A DNA stretch of 54,815 bases, counting the filler, from Sphacelaria rigidula (lineage: Eukaryota), in the NCBI GenBank assembly GCA_964200075.2. It is 3 parts of 3 records of this genome, joined end to end, with 100 filler letters (N's around TTAATTAATTAA, not from the genome) between each part and the next. Parts side by side here need not be neighbours in the genome. Positions count along the whole stretch, not along the records: positions 1 to 18,209 come from CAXNAA020000895.1; positions 18,310 to 36,514 come from CAXNAA020000896.1; 1 more part is not named here. One strand, written 5' to 3'. The notes under the pieces were generated by a model. It made no database searches. It was not told the DNA's origin and worked only from the letters and a program-made list of their open reading frames with translations. This document shows positions 13,401 to 25,699 of this stretch, piece after piece (within the stretch, counting starts at the first letter, position 1; the number at the start of each line of letters is the position of its first letter). The translations under genes were made by a program, and so were the position numbers.

Positions 13401-13893
13401 TGCACAGATGCCATTTCATGTGCTACTGAGATTGCGGCGTTGTGGCGGTGGTCAAGAGCTGTATTACTTCAATGCTCCGGCCGCCTTTCGTGTCGATCCA
13501 GTGGACGATCGGCGTCGCAACATGTCGAATGCTGCAAAGGCGCGGTGAAGATTGCCACGAGTACATGTGCGTACATTGCGTTACCCAGGGGTTCTCTCAC
13601 GACCCAGGCTGTACGACTGTGAACTACCGATTGCGCTGTACCTTCGACCCTATCCCGCTATGTGGTGCACTACAATACTGCACATCGACAGTACGTTTGC
13701 ATCATGTAGTTACAGTCGTATAGTATAGGCGCATGCAGTATTATCGGATCTGCATCAATCCGTCTTAAATGCTGCTCTGCTCGCTAAACGCCGGTTGACA
13801 CGCTTGACCAATCAACACCAATCATGATGAACGAATGATCGCCAGCGAATTCACCCAACCAAGACTACCGGCCGCCCGGTCCTCGTCACGTTA

Positions 13894-15537
13894 ATGGTAA
13901 CTACAGGTGTGGAGTTACATGTCTTCTCTCGCTGTCTGACTACCATAGGTGGCGGCCGTACAGCACTCCCCCGGGCAGTACGTTCTTCACAGCACCCCCG
14001 GGTAGTACGTTATTCCATCTCCAGCGCTCGGATTTTCGGCGGACAAGCCGCACCAATTTTGCACTTGGAAAGATCTCGTCGAAATCTGTCCATGAAAAGC
14101 TTTTTGCCGGAGTGCGCCCGGGTGGGCGGTACACTTCACGACGTACGACTGTCCGAGAAGAAGGGTACAATGCGCATGCTGGCCATTCGCGTGCGTGCAA
14201 TGGTCAAAGGAAGGGGTGATCTTCGACCTGATTATGATCAAGCTCTCGTGATGGGACATTCAAGGGCTACGCCGAGATCAACACACACGGGGTCGATCTG
14301 CAGCCCACATTTCACGACAGACTCCAACGCTGGCGGTCGGTTTTACGTGCAGTCTCCGCTTTGCCAACGTTCGAGAATAGGCCGAGACGATACATCGAGG
14401 GTTCTTCCAATCTCATCCATAGCTCCAAGGTGGCACCCCCGCTCTCGTTCCTACGGCGCTATGCATCTGCTAGTATCTGAGGCAGGTCCGTACAGGCATA
14501 GACATAGCGGGTCAAATCCACCACGGAAAAATACAAGTACAAGAGGTCGCAAGCAGATTCCTGCACGAAAAGATTCAGCTGTGGAAAATTGTGGAACTTC
14601 GCCTCTACCTTTTACCGTAAGGCAGTTGGTAGCACGTGCTGAAACAGCGGGCGGCTGGATTGGTGTGGAGAAAATTCTCGAAAATGTAATTTCCTCTGTC
14701 GCGAGTGATGATTGTGGTGGTCATGATGGCCGAGATTCTCTGCGGATGTATGCTACAGCGATGGAGGTTTGCGCGAAGTGTGGAAAATGGAGGAAGGCGC
14801 TGGAGTTACTCGACACTATGAGAAACGCGGGAGTGGCTCCTGATTGCCGTGTTTATGGCTTTGTCATGTTGGCATGTGAAGTCGACGGGCAGTGGGACCA
14901 AAGCATCAGAGTTTGGAAGGAGATTGAGAACATCTGTACCATCAAACCTTCGGTGACAATGTATGGCTACGCTATGCGTGCATATGCCAACCTGAGGCAA
15001 TCGGAAAAGGCCGTTTCCCTTCTGCGGGAGATGCAGATGAAGCGCCTGACTCCTGACGCTCAGGGGTTCGCTGCGGCGATAATGGCACATGGTCATGCCC
15101 GACGGTGGCGCGACGCGATGTATGTTTTCATGGAAATGAAGGCGTTGGGTGTCAGTCCCTCGCGCTTCACGTACAGGACGGGAATAGTCGCTTGTGGCAA
15201 TAGTGGGCAGTGGGAGAAAGCCGTGGACCTCTTGGCAGAGATGAAGGACATAGGGTTAGCACCCGACGTTAAAACCTACAATACCGTTTTGTCGATGTGC
15301 TGTAGAAATCACAAGTGGGAAGAAACACTGAGCTTGTTCTTGCAGATGAAGAAGAAGTATGATGTGAAGCCGGATACAGCCAGCTATGATATGGCTGTAT
15401 GGGCGTGTGGCCAGTTGAAAAATCGTCGGAGGGTGTTGAATATTCTGGCGGAGATGCGTGTTACCGGTGTATCGCCGAGACTTGCGACCTACAATCGTGC
15501 CATATTCGCATTCTGCACGGGTGATCCAACCCTGTAG
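13894..15537 (+). CDS. P-type pentatricopeptide repeat (PPR) protein, single exon; probably an organelle-targeted RNA-binding protein
   Basis: 547-aa uninterrupted ORF. From ~14740 there are seven tandem 35-36-aa PPR motifs (e.g. RFTYRTGIVACGNSGQWEKAVDLLAEMKDIGLAPD, VKTYNTVLSMCCRNHKWEETLSLFLQMKKKYDVKPD) plus a half motif before the TAG. The N-terminus is R/S-rich. The true start codon is uncertain (in-frame ATGs at 13894, 14092, 14170). Confidence 0.9.
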   Translation: MVTTGVELHVFSRCLTTIGGGRTALPRAVRSSQHPRVVRYSISSARIFGGQAAPILHLERSRRNLSMKSFLPECARVGGTLHDVRLSEKKGTMRMLAIRVRAMVKGRGDLRPDYDQALVMGHSRATPRSTHTGSICSPHFTTDSNAGGRFYVQSPLCQRSRIGRDDTSRVLPISSIAPRWHPRSRSYGAMHLLVSEAGPYRHRHSGSNPPRKNTSTRGRKQIPARKDSAVENCGTSPLPFTVRQLVARAETAGGWIGVEKILENVISSVASDDCGGHDGRDSLRMYATAMEVCAKCGKWRKALELLDTMRNAGVAPDCRVYGFVMLACEVDGQWDQSIRVWKEIENICTIKPSVTMYGYAMRAYANLRQSEKAVSLLREMQMKRLTPDAQGFAAAIMAHGHARRWRDAMYVFMEMKALGVSPSRFTYRTGIVACGNSGQWEKAVDLLAEMKDIGLAPDVKTYNTVLSMCCRNHKWEETLSLFLQMKKKYDVKPDTASYDMAVWACGQLKNRRRVLNILAEMRVTGVSPRLATYNRAIFAFCTGDPTL

Positions 15538-16589
15538 TGTGCGGAACAAGGCTTTCGTCATCCTTGAACCACGAGCCGGCGTTAGCCTGTGATGTGGCGC
15601 GAATCGGACGTGAACGTTTTCTACCGTGCTGTGAATTATGATTTTCTCTTCTGACAAAGTAGGATGGCACCGGATGATCTTGTGTTGATTGGTTCTCTCC
15701 TTTTCGCTTTGCGCGCAGTTCCGATGACCTTGCGTTCCGGATCGAATGCACTCAACGGGTTTATGCCTTCCCGTGATGCGAGTCTTCCGAAGTCCGACCG
15801 GATGCTAGTTTTGTTTGAATTGGGCGTAGTTCTGGAAAGTCGTGCTGTGGTAGGGATATCGACAAACGTTTCCTAGGCCGGCGTACTGGAGTTAGACATA
15901 GGCTCTCGCGCACTTGCCCTAGTGCAGTTGGGGTGGAGTCGTCTCTAAATGTGAGGTGATTTTTTCGCAGGCAAACATCACAAATTGTGGATACTGTCAT
16001 TGTTGTGTTTCACAACGTGAAAATACCTCAGACAGGTTTCGCCCAAAACAGTGCACCCCTACCGTTGCACAGCTCTGGAGGCTTGTTTATGTGACGAGGT
16101 AGCGCAGGATATGTTGTGACAGTGCACAGGAGACTAGTACGCCGAAAGAGAATGCCAAAAGCGTACCGTATGCGAGCGTTCGTCCGTGCGTTGGTACGAC
16201 GAAGGACAACGCTCAAAACTTCCCGTATCTGACCGAATGAATCTGGGCGTAATGACTTCTTGAGAGCGACATCCGTCAGCTCTCGTGACGATACAACAGC
16301 AACAGCTTGCGAGGAATCCAGGATGGAAATGCTCGAGAGCATGTCCCTTTTTGTACGCGACTAGAGATGAATGGGGAAAGCTGAGTTACTTGCACAGAAC
16401 TGATCCACTCGTGCCCTCTCTTCTCGGTCGTTGACTTTTCCTTGGCCTGTGGTCTTGTGGTGTCTCCTGGTTGTGGTTTTGAACATAATTTACGATGTCC
16501 TTGGCTTTGATCGCTTCCTTAGCGTCCTTCCTCTCAGTTCTCTTTCCCTGTCCAGCTGAGTCTCTCTCTCTCTCGCTATTGCGTTCCTC

Positions 16590-17105
16590 TCAGTGTTATA
16601 TAGTAGCAGTTTGGGACCGCTTGAGTAAGGTTCATGGGTGAGAGCGCATGCCCGAACAGCAGGGCCCGCAATGACTTGGCCACATTTTGCTCCCACGGCC
16701 GTTTTTGTTTTTGGTAATTTTGGTACTTAAAATAAGTTCAGGCGCTTTTTGCACACCCCCTTTTTCGCCGCCATGCTGCAGGTGCCGACCATTTCCAGAT
16801 TTGTGTTGTTGTTTTTTATTTTCTTCTTCAGATCTTCGTCGCTCCTTTCCTTTCCATTCCTGCTTGGTTCTTCTTTGAATATCGTCATAGTTTTGTGTGT
16901 TTCGTTGGTGTTGATTTTGGTTCATCAGTACACTCCTTTTGTTTGTATTGTATTTGTGTCATGCTTTCAACTCTCGTTTTTTTCAGCGATTGTTTTTTTG
17001 TTGTACACCTCAGGCACATCCATCTTGGGACCGTGGCTGGATCTCTCGGAGTCAATGTGCAACGATCAGGAGTCCTCTTTTGTCGTTGAATGCGAATCAA
17101 ATCAG
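16590..17105 (+). repeat. T-rich dispersed repeat, probable LINE 3'-UTR fragment (copy A)
   Basis: Anchors GGTTCATG.GTGAGAGC (16629), TTTG.TCCCACGGC and GG.ACC..GGCTGG...GTCAATGTGC (17051) are shared with 17600-17990. Confidence 0.55.
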
Positions 17106-17599
17106 GAGTCCTAACGTGCTTGAATCGTCTGCGCATTTCATAGGAAGATCGTAGAAGACGTCTCCTCTCCCACTTTTCTCTCGGTGTTTTTTCTCGTCCC
17201 TTGTCTCTGAATAGTATCGATATTTGTGTTTTGCCCCTGCAGAGCTGGCGGGTGAGAATTCCTGCTCAAGTACTGTAGCCTCCAGGTAGCGGAGCTGCAA
17301 CCGTTTTCTTCATGTTATTTCTTTTCGTACAGCGTTCATACCTACAGCCCCTACGAGGCTCTGATTTGTTCTCGGGATCAGCACTACATCTAGGGTGGAT
17401 GTTTTGGGATTTGTACCTTCTTTCCTAGTTTTCACTTCCTTTGCGTCATCGGTCGGTGCTCTTGTGGGGCTTCTGATCGTGCGTTTGTACCTGCTCTACT
17501 GTATTGTCTTTGAGCTTCAACCGTCCATAAATTCCTTCTCTGTCACCTTTTTCTGCCCCCTTTTCTCCCGCTTGACATGTTCATTTCTTCGTGGTTTAT

Positions 17600-17990
17600 G
17601 AGCGTCACAGTTTATAGCCTCGCTTCCGTGGGGTTCATGAGTGAGAGCTCTTACTCAAAAGAGTGTGGCCGAAATAGATCAGACGCAATTTGTTCCCACG
17701 GCTATTTGTTTCTTAGACGGGGTACGAGCGCATGTGCTTTTATGCGAGATCTCGTCCTCCTTTATCCAGGTTGCAGAGATCGTCCATTTCTAGTTTGTTT
17801 TCTGTCTTTGTTTTTCTTCGTCGGTTTGCTTGTCTTTGCGATCTACTGTCTGTTCTACCGTTCCGTTTTCCGTACTTTTCTTCAGCTCGTGTTTTCGTTT
17901 CGGTAATCTCGAGTACGAATATCATGGAACCAAGGCTGGGTCCCTGGGGGATTAGTCAATGTGCGACACTCAATCGATCAAGTCGATTAA
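17600..17990 (+). repeat. T-rich dispersed repeat, probable LINE 3'-UTR fragment (copy B)
   Basis: Same anchors at 17632 and 17955; ends in a short CAAT/CGAT-type tail. Confidence 0.55.
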
Positions 17991-18209
17991 TTTGCTTTCT
18001 CCTTATTATGCCACTTCATTCTCTCGAGTCGCCTTTAGAGCGTGCTTCTATTTCGTCACCTTGCGAACATGAGATATATCCATCTTGTGGCTACGGCCGG
18101 ATGTGCGGCAAATTAATCAACCTGACACAAAAAACAGTGTTTTCGTGAGATTTAGAGTAGATCATGCGATTGAGAGTGAGAAGCGGTCAATCAGTGAATG
18201 AATCGTTTC

Positions 18210-18309
18210 NNNNNNNNNNNNNNNNNNNNNNNNNNNNNNNNNNNNNNNNNNNNTTAATTAATTAANNNNNNNNNNNNNNNNNNNNNNNNNNNNNNNNNNN
18301 NNNNNNNNN
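18210..18309. other. Artificial contig-joining linker (N44-TTAATTAATTAA-N44)
   Basis: 44 N + TTAATTAATTAA (18254-18265, stops in all six frames) + 44 N = exactly 100 nt. An identical copy lies at 36515-36614. Confidence 0.97.
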
Positions 18310-18379
18310 CGTACTCAATTGTTGCTTGCCTTAGTCGTTTGACCATTGACCACGCATCTCTTTCGAGACGGAGCATAGA

Positions 18380-18990
18380 AGAGGGGGGGGGGGGTGTACT
18401 CATGATCATGCATACGATAGTTGTAAGACTATTGACCTCGCATCCCCACAAAGTCGGGACGGAGCACGCCGGGTTTTCGCTGGACTAGGCTCGCACACAA
18501 ACCACCAAGCGCGAAGCGCCGTGGTGTGCTCGGCGAGTCGCATGAAGGGTGAGCTGCATCCTGCTAAGATTGTTCGGCCCGAAGCGTACTGTACTGATTA
18601 TCTTGCATTTGGATGACAGCCTACAATGAGTTGCTTTGTTTTCTGGTATCGCCACTTCCAGAGACAGCCATGGCTTATACACTACCTCATGGGTGCGTCA
18701 CCATAGGAGGGGCGGGGAGGGGGGGGGGGGGAGAGAGATATATATTCTATCACAAGAGGGGATGTACTCGGGATATTGTATGTCGTAGTCATACATGAAG
18801 ACTATTGACCTCGCATCCCTACAAAGCTCGAACGAAGCACGTCGGGATTTCGCCGGACCAGATTTGCAGTCAACCACCAAGCTCGAAGTGCCGTGATGTG
18901 TTCGGCGAGTCGCATGAAAGGTGAGCTGCATCCTGCTAAGATTATCCGACCCGAGGCACATTGATTATCTTGTATTTGGATGATAACTAC
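18380..18990. repeat. Tandem duplication of a ~200-bp block, 373-bp offset
   Basis: AAGACTATTGACCTCGCATCCC...CGGCGAGTCGCATGAA.GGTGAGCTGCATCCTGCTAAGATT...TGATTATCTTG.ATTTGGATGA at 18425 and 18798, each preceded by a poly-G run. Confidence 0.85.
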
Positions 18991-21900
18991 GGGGGCAGGC
19001 AGGAGTTATGCACGAAACAAGGGGGACCATTGGTGCGTTAGACGGCTCATATCCTGGTTGCGCGCTTATATGCACGCGAAACGTTTTCCAACTCATTGAT
19101 CACCAGGGTGAGTCATTTGTGTCTTTTTACTACTATTGAAATGAAAATGGTCTCGATTTAACAGATTACCAGTTTGACCGTCAAAGAGCTACGTGGTGTG
19201 AAAACACGTGTGGTATTGACACCAAGCGTACTAAAATTACATTTTCCGCTGGCAGTGACGCTTCAAGGCTGCTCCTTCGTGCAAGAAATGGCTCGACATC
19301 TCCCCCCCCAACCGTAGGATCACCCAAGAAACATAGAAACGGAGCAACGACGGAAAGGCAAGTAGAGGGGGAACAAAAATACCACCAGGGAAAACAGCTG
19401 AAAGGACGACAAAGTTCAACGGTTGATTCCCAAACCAGTGAGAGGTCCCAAGATCCGGAGTAATTTTTCCGGATATATAACGCTTACGTGCTTGCACTGA
19501 AGATATTCGAATCCTTAAGGTAGTAGCCGGTAACGGATAAGTAGGTCATGAACGAGATCGTAAGTGATGTTGGAGTCAGCTTGAGTCTACAGTGTGATGG
19601 GTAGGTCACAGTAGCACGGTGTTTGATACCGTACTCTTGCTTGAGCGATGTGCAATTAATATATGATGCCTAAACACGTATCTCTGATGCTTTGTTGCAA
19701 GTCACAGTCGGCGCTGTGAACTTGTCTGGGGCCTTGTCTTGTGTGGTTGGTGCTGTACGAGAAACTGACTAGCTGTCGCTGTCAGAGTAGCCTAGACTCA
19801 AGTCAGTGGACTCGGTATTGAGTGACCAGTCGGGTCAGGGTGGCTGCTGCAAGATCTAAATATCTCGGTGTTGTATACTCGACACGGTGTTGGATGTGAG
19901 TGATCAGGCAGTCGTTACTGTCTTGTGTGCCCAGGGCGGAGGCTTAGCTAACAGACAACTTACAAGTCAAAAGGGGTAACAGCCGGCCGGACAGGATACG
20001 AAGATCGACTCCTGTCCCTCCACCCCACCCTAGTCGCGGAAAAGGCGAGTCGTTCTCCTCACCATTTTCGTCGCGCCTCCTCGCGAGCTGTCGTTGTCGT
20101 TGTCGTGTCAACACTGGCGGCTCTTCCTCGATGACTCTCAGCGCAGCGCGGTCCTTGTCGTGAATCAGGTGGAGCTGGCAGAAGGGGTGCTGCTGGTCCA
20201 CGTCCTTCGAGACCGTTACCAAATGTTGCCACCTACCAGTCACTGATTTCAACATAATAAAATAATCCCGTTCCCTTCGCTTTTCCGTATGCAGAAAAGC
20301 CTCTGGAGCGTGTAGATTCCCCATGGAGGGGTACCCCCCCCCTCCCCCCTCCCACAACCCCCCGAGTTTGGAAGGGCTATTCAGCAGCGTGTGCGGGTCC
20401 AAGTAAATCCACAAGTGTTTCGTCTTGGTGCACAGGAAACCCTGCGAACCATACTTGACGCTCAATTGCGTTTTCGTGAGATTGAGAGTAGAGGGTACGA
20501 TTGAGAATGAACATCGATCAATTAGTGAATTAATCGTTTCAGTTCGGAAGTGCCCCTCCCCGAGCTCCAATATGCCTTTCGTAGTAGCTTGCCGCTAAGG
20601 CCCTTGATATCCCCGAGTAGGATATCGACGTGTAGCTGTAAGCACACGCTAGTGATAAAGGCAAAGAAAAGCACACACGGAATGAAACAATGGCCAAGTT
20701 ACAGCGAATTATCAAAGCCACTCTCAATCAGCGCTCTACTCTTAATATCACGAAAACGTTGTTGCTCGCGGACAGTTATCTCGATACGTTGGCATGGTGT
20801 CGTTCATTCTGGACGGTGGGCAAACTTGAGGAAATTTCATGCACCGGCGGCCGCAGGGGTACCTTGAGGTGCATATTGCAATATTCTACGCTTGGACTTA
20901 AACTTTAGTCATACCTTCCATACACGTCAACAGCTCCACCAGGGCATAATACGTTACAATATGTGCCTGAATGTACCCCTATGCCCATCGGCCTCTTGTT
21001 AATGTTCCACCAGAAAAATGAGCAAACGAGAGTTTCATGGTGAACGATTTGAGCCCGCGATCTACATTCCACATCCCATCACACGGCATCGTGCCACCAG
21101 CGCACGCGCCCTGCGGCAAAATCATATCTGCGTGTAGTGCAGTCACCATATGCACAGTATCAGGAGTCGTGATGCGCACAGTACCAGCACTGTGCGTGCC
21201 CCAAACTGCCTGAAAGAAGAAACAGTGCTGATTTTCTGGGGCCATTCACTCTCCAAACCTGAAATGGATACAGGCGTGGCGACCAAAAACAAACCGCCGT
21301 GCAACTTTCAAAATTCCAAAATTGAGTACGCGAATGACACATGCGCATAAAGGGGAGATGGACCCCTTTTCTCGCCGTTTAAAGTTGCTCGAATCTTATG
21401 GGCGATGTTGCACTTGGGTTCGGCACCGGCAGCGGAATTACGTACAGGGTGTATGAGATTTGAGGCCATGGCGATGAGGTACGATCAACCGAATGGGTTC
21501 AAAGATTGACCAAGAGAGTTGCACTACGCCCCTAGCGGTGCTCGATAGTCCTCACGATAGCTCTCCTAAATTACCCACGCATGGTGTATGCATAATGTGC
21601 TTATTTCGACTTTGTTCCGTCGAGAAATGAGGTTGCTATAATAACTGTTTTAGCAAGACCGCACAGCACAATTAATGCAAAATCTAACTGCACACTCCGG
21701 TGACGGATATACTACACTTCTTGCGCAGAGTACAGTAGTGCCGATGCTCGCTCAATACGGAACCAAACGCACTCGATGAGAGCACCTAATATTTAGTGGA
21801 TTCAGGTCATCTGTGTCTGAGGATGCGTGCGCGTTTCACGGTGGGATACGACCTCAGAAAAACAAGGATGCACGTAGCACGGCTAAACAGGGATACCACT

Positions 21901-22611
21901 TACACTCAACACGGTGATTTCAGACGAAAACGGAATTGTGTTACCTACACGCGTTACGCGCACAACCTTCACGACCCCTTTATTCTCCTGGGGTGTCTGA
22001 GCCACGAGGGATCCCCCGGACGAGGAGCCCCCAGCAGTCATGTATGTGCGTCCGCTGCTGGAGCTAGGGCTGTGAGTGTGCTGCGCTGATGTACCGCGCA
22101 CAGGGCGTGTGGTGTGTGGGTGCTGTAAATGCGCGTGGCTTACGATTGCGTTGAAAGGGGAGCTCTGTGAATCGTGACGCTTCAAATAGCGACAAAAAAA
22201 AGTACGGCGGGAATGTGTTGCCGGAGGTAACGTGTACAGTAGCGCTGGAATGTTCGCCCCACATTCTTGCAGAAAATCGAAAGTTGTCGAGCGGCGGTTC
22301 GCGAGCCGCGGGACAATCACAAAATTTTAAGACCGGCCGTCGACCGCAGCTCTGTTCGAAATAGTCTTGTGTCCAGCACAATTCTTCTTGCGTACGCCAA
22401 AATCTTGAAGTACCTGGCGTAGAAGACTGATGTACGGAAGCATTTGGGAACTCCATCGTTTAACACGCATTTCGTAGCGGGGGATATTGTGCGATAACCG
22501 CATGGAAAGTTCGGAGTGCTATTCAACCGCAGGTAGCGGGAAGATTGGTGCCGTTTCACTTGCAAGGAAATCTCGCCGCCACTTCGGCTGCTGCATCGCT
22601 CACCCTCTTCT

Positions 22612-22614
<3 letters not shown>

Positions 22615-22678
<64 letters not shown>
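22615..22678. repeat. (TC)~27 microsatellite followed directly by (GC)5
   Basis: Directly visible. Confidence 0.95.
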
Positions 22679-22679
<1 letters not shown>

Positions 22680-25600
22680 GGCGCTCGGTCTTCGGCCAGG
22701 GAGTTGCGCGGTTTTCTCGCCTAGAGAACTCCCCTTCGAAGTGTTGTCAAACCTGCACCAACCCCAGACGGAGCGATCTATACCGCACAAACTCCTTTTG
22801 CGGGGTACGCATCAGGTTTCGCAAAGTGCGAGACGACACATTTGGACGCACGAAAAACTGCGACGCCTGTGCATAGCTTATGTCTGTGTGAAGGGTTCCT
22901 CCACGCGCACTACAACTGATGTTATGGTTATGGTGAATATTAGAAAAAAAATCAAACTCAATGGATAGCAGTGCTGAAGCAGGCGTAAGCGGGGGTATCA
23001 GTTTGTCATCACAACGTACGGCAAGCTAGTGAGCAGCATTCCGGTTGTTGTACTACGTCATGTCACCTAGAAGGTCGTGGCCGTTCAAGCGACTCTCTTC
23101 ACCTCCTCAACAAGCAAAAGCGAATTGCACGACGAAAGGCAAGGATTCCTCAGCACACGAAAAGAAGCCAATCGACTCGTTCACTGCGACAGTGAATCTG
23201 CCTCAGCCGCCAGGTGAACTGTCCTCACAGTGCGGTAGAAATGGTCTTGAATTCCGCGCGATGCGCACTGTTGTCAGTTTTGAACTCTCGCCCCAGCATC
23301 TACATACGGCGCTTGTCGTCCTTTCCTGTGTTGTGTCGTTCATGTTCCAGGAGGGCAGCAGACAAGGGGCAGGACTTTGAAAAATGATGCATCTCGTCGT
23401 ATGAGACATCCCCAAGACCCACACTCGCCGGAGAGAGCGTACAGGTGCGACCTACAAGTCGTCCAAACATAATAATTCTGCCTGTCTCCGTGGTAGTGCT
23501 ACATGCTGCATGGCTCTTGTCCCTGCTCCCAACGGGGGCGACATACAGGGACTGTAATAACAGCCCTCCGGCTGCTTGATTCGTCATTGTTGGGCGTTGT
23601 GTCTTAATGACTCAAACAACCATACATGACGGCAACGACGCCCGTCAAGCAGTGCAGCACACCTCAACTCCTGTACCACCATGTGTGTTGGCGTCGTATC
23701 CTTTTATCGCAGTGAGGCCGTTCAGGCCTATCTAGAAGCACGATCCGATATCCATGCAGCCGTCGGTCGCGCTGCACGGAGCGTCAGTCCTCAGCGCAGT
23801 AAATGGTGCACCCCGAAGCAACATGGCGACAGTGAAATCTTCTCAGATCAGGTGAAGCGTGTGGGATAGGTCAGGCATCGGAAATGGTTAGACCAGTAGC
23901 AATTGTGAAGGAGAGCTTGTGACTCGGAAGTCGGCTTGAGTGAGCTCGGGTGGCCAGCACCGCATCACGAGCACGCAGGCACGTCCTTCAACATGCCAAA
24001 CACGGTAGTATATCACGCACGGTAGCATATTACGCCACGTGCAGTAGTTAGTACATCACACACTAGTGCATCACTACTTCATCGCAGATGTCATTTCGTA
24101 GAATAAACTGACAACCTGTTTACATGAACACCCCCCTCTACTAGTGTACTAGTAGCCAGGCTCTCGATTGAAAGTCGATGCTGAAAAATGGAAAGATACA
24201 TTTTCTGTGGGAACGGACTGAAGTCGAAATTGTATAAGGTACTGAACCTATAATAATGTCCGTCAAACGTGTGTTGAAGGAAACCTTTTCCAGGATCGCC
24301 TGTTACATGAAGAGTCATACAACAATAGGGGCTGCACATTCGGTCCTAGATCTTTCTCATTTAGGAGGCTCCTAGTGACTCCAGAAGAATATAGATAGAG
24401 ATATTCTCGTTTTAAACTCCCTTCGTGGCATCCCTAGCCCGTTGAGACGCTGATCGTCGCGCACTCTCGCCTATTTAACAAGTCATTTCTTGGGTGGGAT
24501 GGGAGCCTCCTGACAATTAAAACCTGATGTTGATTCAGTGCGACCGTAAGTAGCATGACTCTGCAATTGGGAGGAAAACTCGATCATCGGGGCGAAAGTC
24601 CTCTCTCTTTTCACACACGATATTCAGTAAGCGCATCCCACTTGAAGAGTTCACATCCACATTCACCCCAGAAACAATAAAACATCTTCAATCATGGAAG
24701 CGTATGCTCAGATTACGATGAGCGTCTTTAAGATTCAATCGTACGGTTCAAAGAGCAATGTTTGTGCCAAAAAACGATACAGCCCATCACAACGGTCCAG
24801 GCAAATGCACGTCACGCTGAAAAGCACCATATATACTTATGCCCAACACAGTAGCGTAGGTGGTTCAAACCCAACACGCGCACATGTAAATCACATAGAC
24901 AAGACCTTAGAGGCCAGGGGTTTATACAGAACCCAAGCACAAGGCAGCAATAAAGCCCTTACATCTGTTTCGCCCAGGACACCGCTGTCGGAACAGAAAT
25001 GCCGGAATATAATTCAGCCGGAACGTTCCGCATACAGCATTCAACACTGAACTTCCAAAAGCAGAAAACAACATAGTCAGGCCCTTTGAAATCAGGTCTA
25101 CAAGCAAAAAACGACATAGTCAGAACCTTTAAAAACAGGTCTACTAGACTGCGGCTTTCTTCAGCATTGAACCCTCGAAGTCATCACAAACCGTCAATTC
25201 ACAGCTCACTGCTTCGAACGCAAAGCCAAACCCAGTATAACACATGGAATACATCTACCAAGCTTGATCGGTCGTCCTTCACCCAAAACCTACAACGGTC
25301 TCGTGCTTGTCCCATTCTCTCGACAGCACCTGGATCGGACACACAAGTGGGGCTCTGTCACCTCACCCGAAAGTGCAGGCTCAAGGGGGACATGGGAAAA
25401 CAAAATAGGAAAAGCAGAAAAAAGACAGCCTCCATGTGATATTTCATATAAATTTTTGCAGGTCATCACGTCTCATCAGGCATTTTCCTCAATCTGCCAA
25501 CATTAATCTTCGTGAATCCACTCCTCCACAGACAAGCAAAATCGAAATATATCCCATTATACTTTTCCGCGGAATGAATCACCGGTATCTATTCAACCTC

Positions 25601-25699
25601 GCGATCAAAAACTCGGCAAAATTGTGCGCTATCGCTGTACTGTTACACGCGTCGCTACAGTTGTTTCTTAGAATCATTGCTGTACTGATCCACGCCAAA

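Noticed and set aside
18254..18451. ORF spanning N-run
   Set aside because: It runs through the artificial linker.
22317..22876. ORFs with poly-RE / poly-SL
   Set aside because: They are translations of the (TC)n microsatellite.
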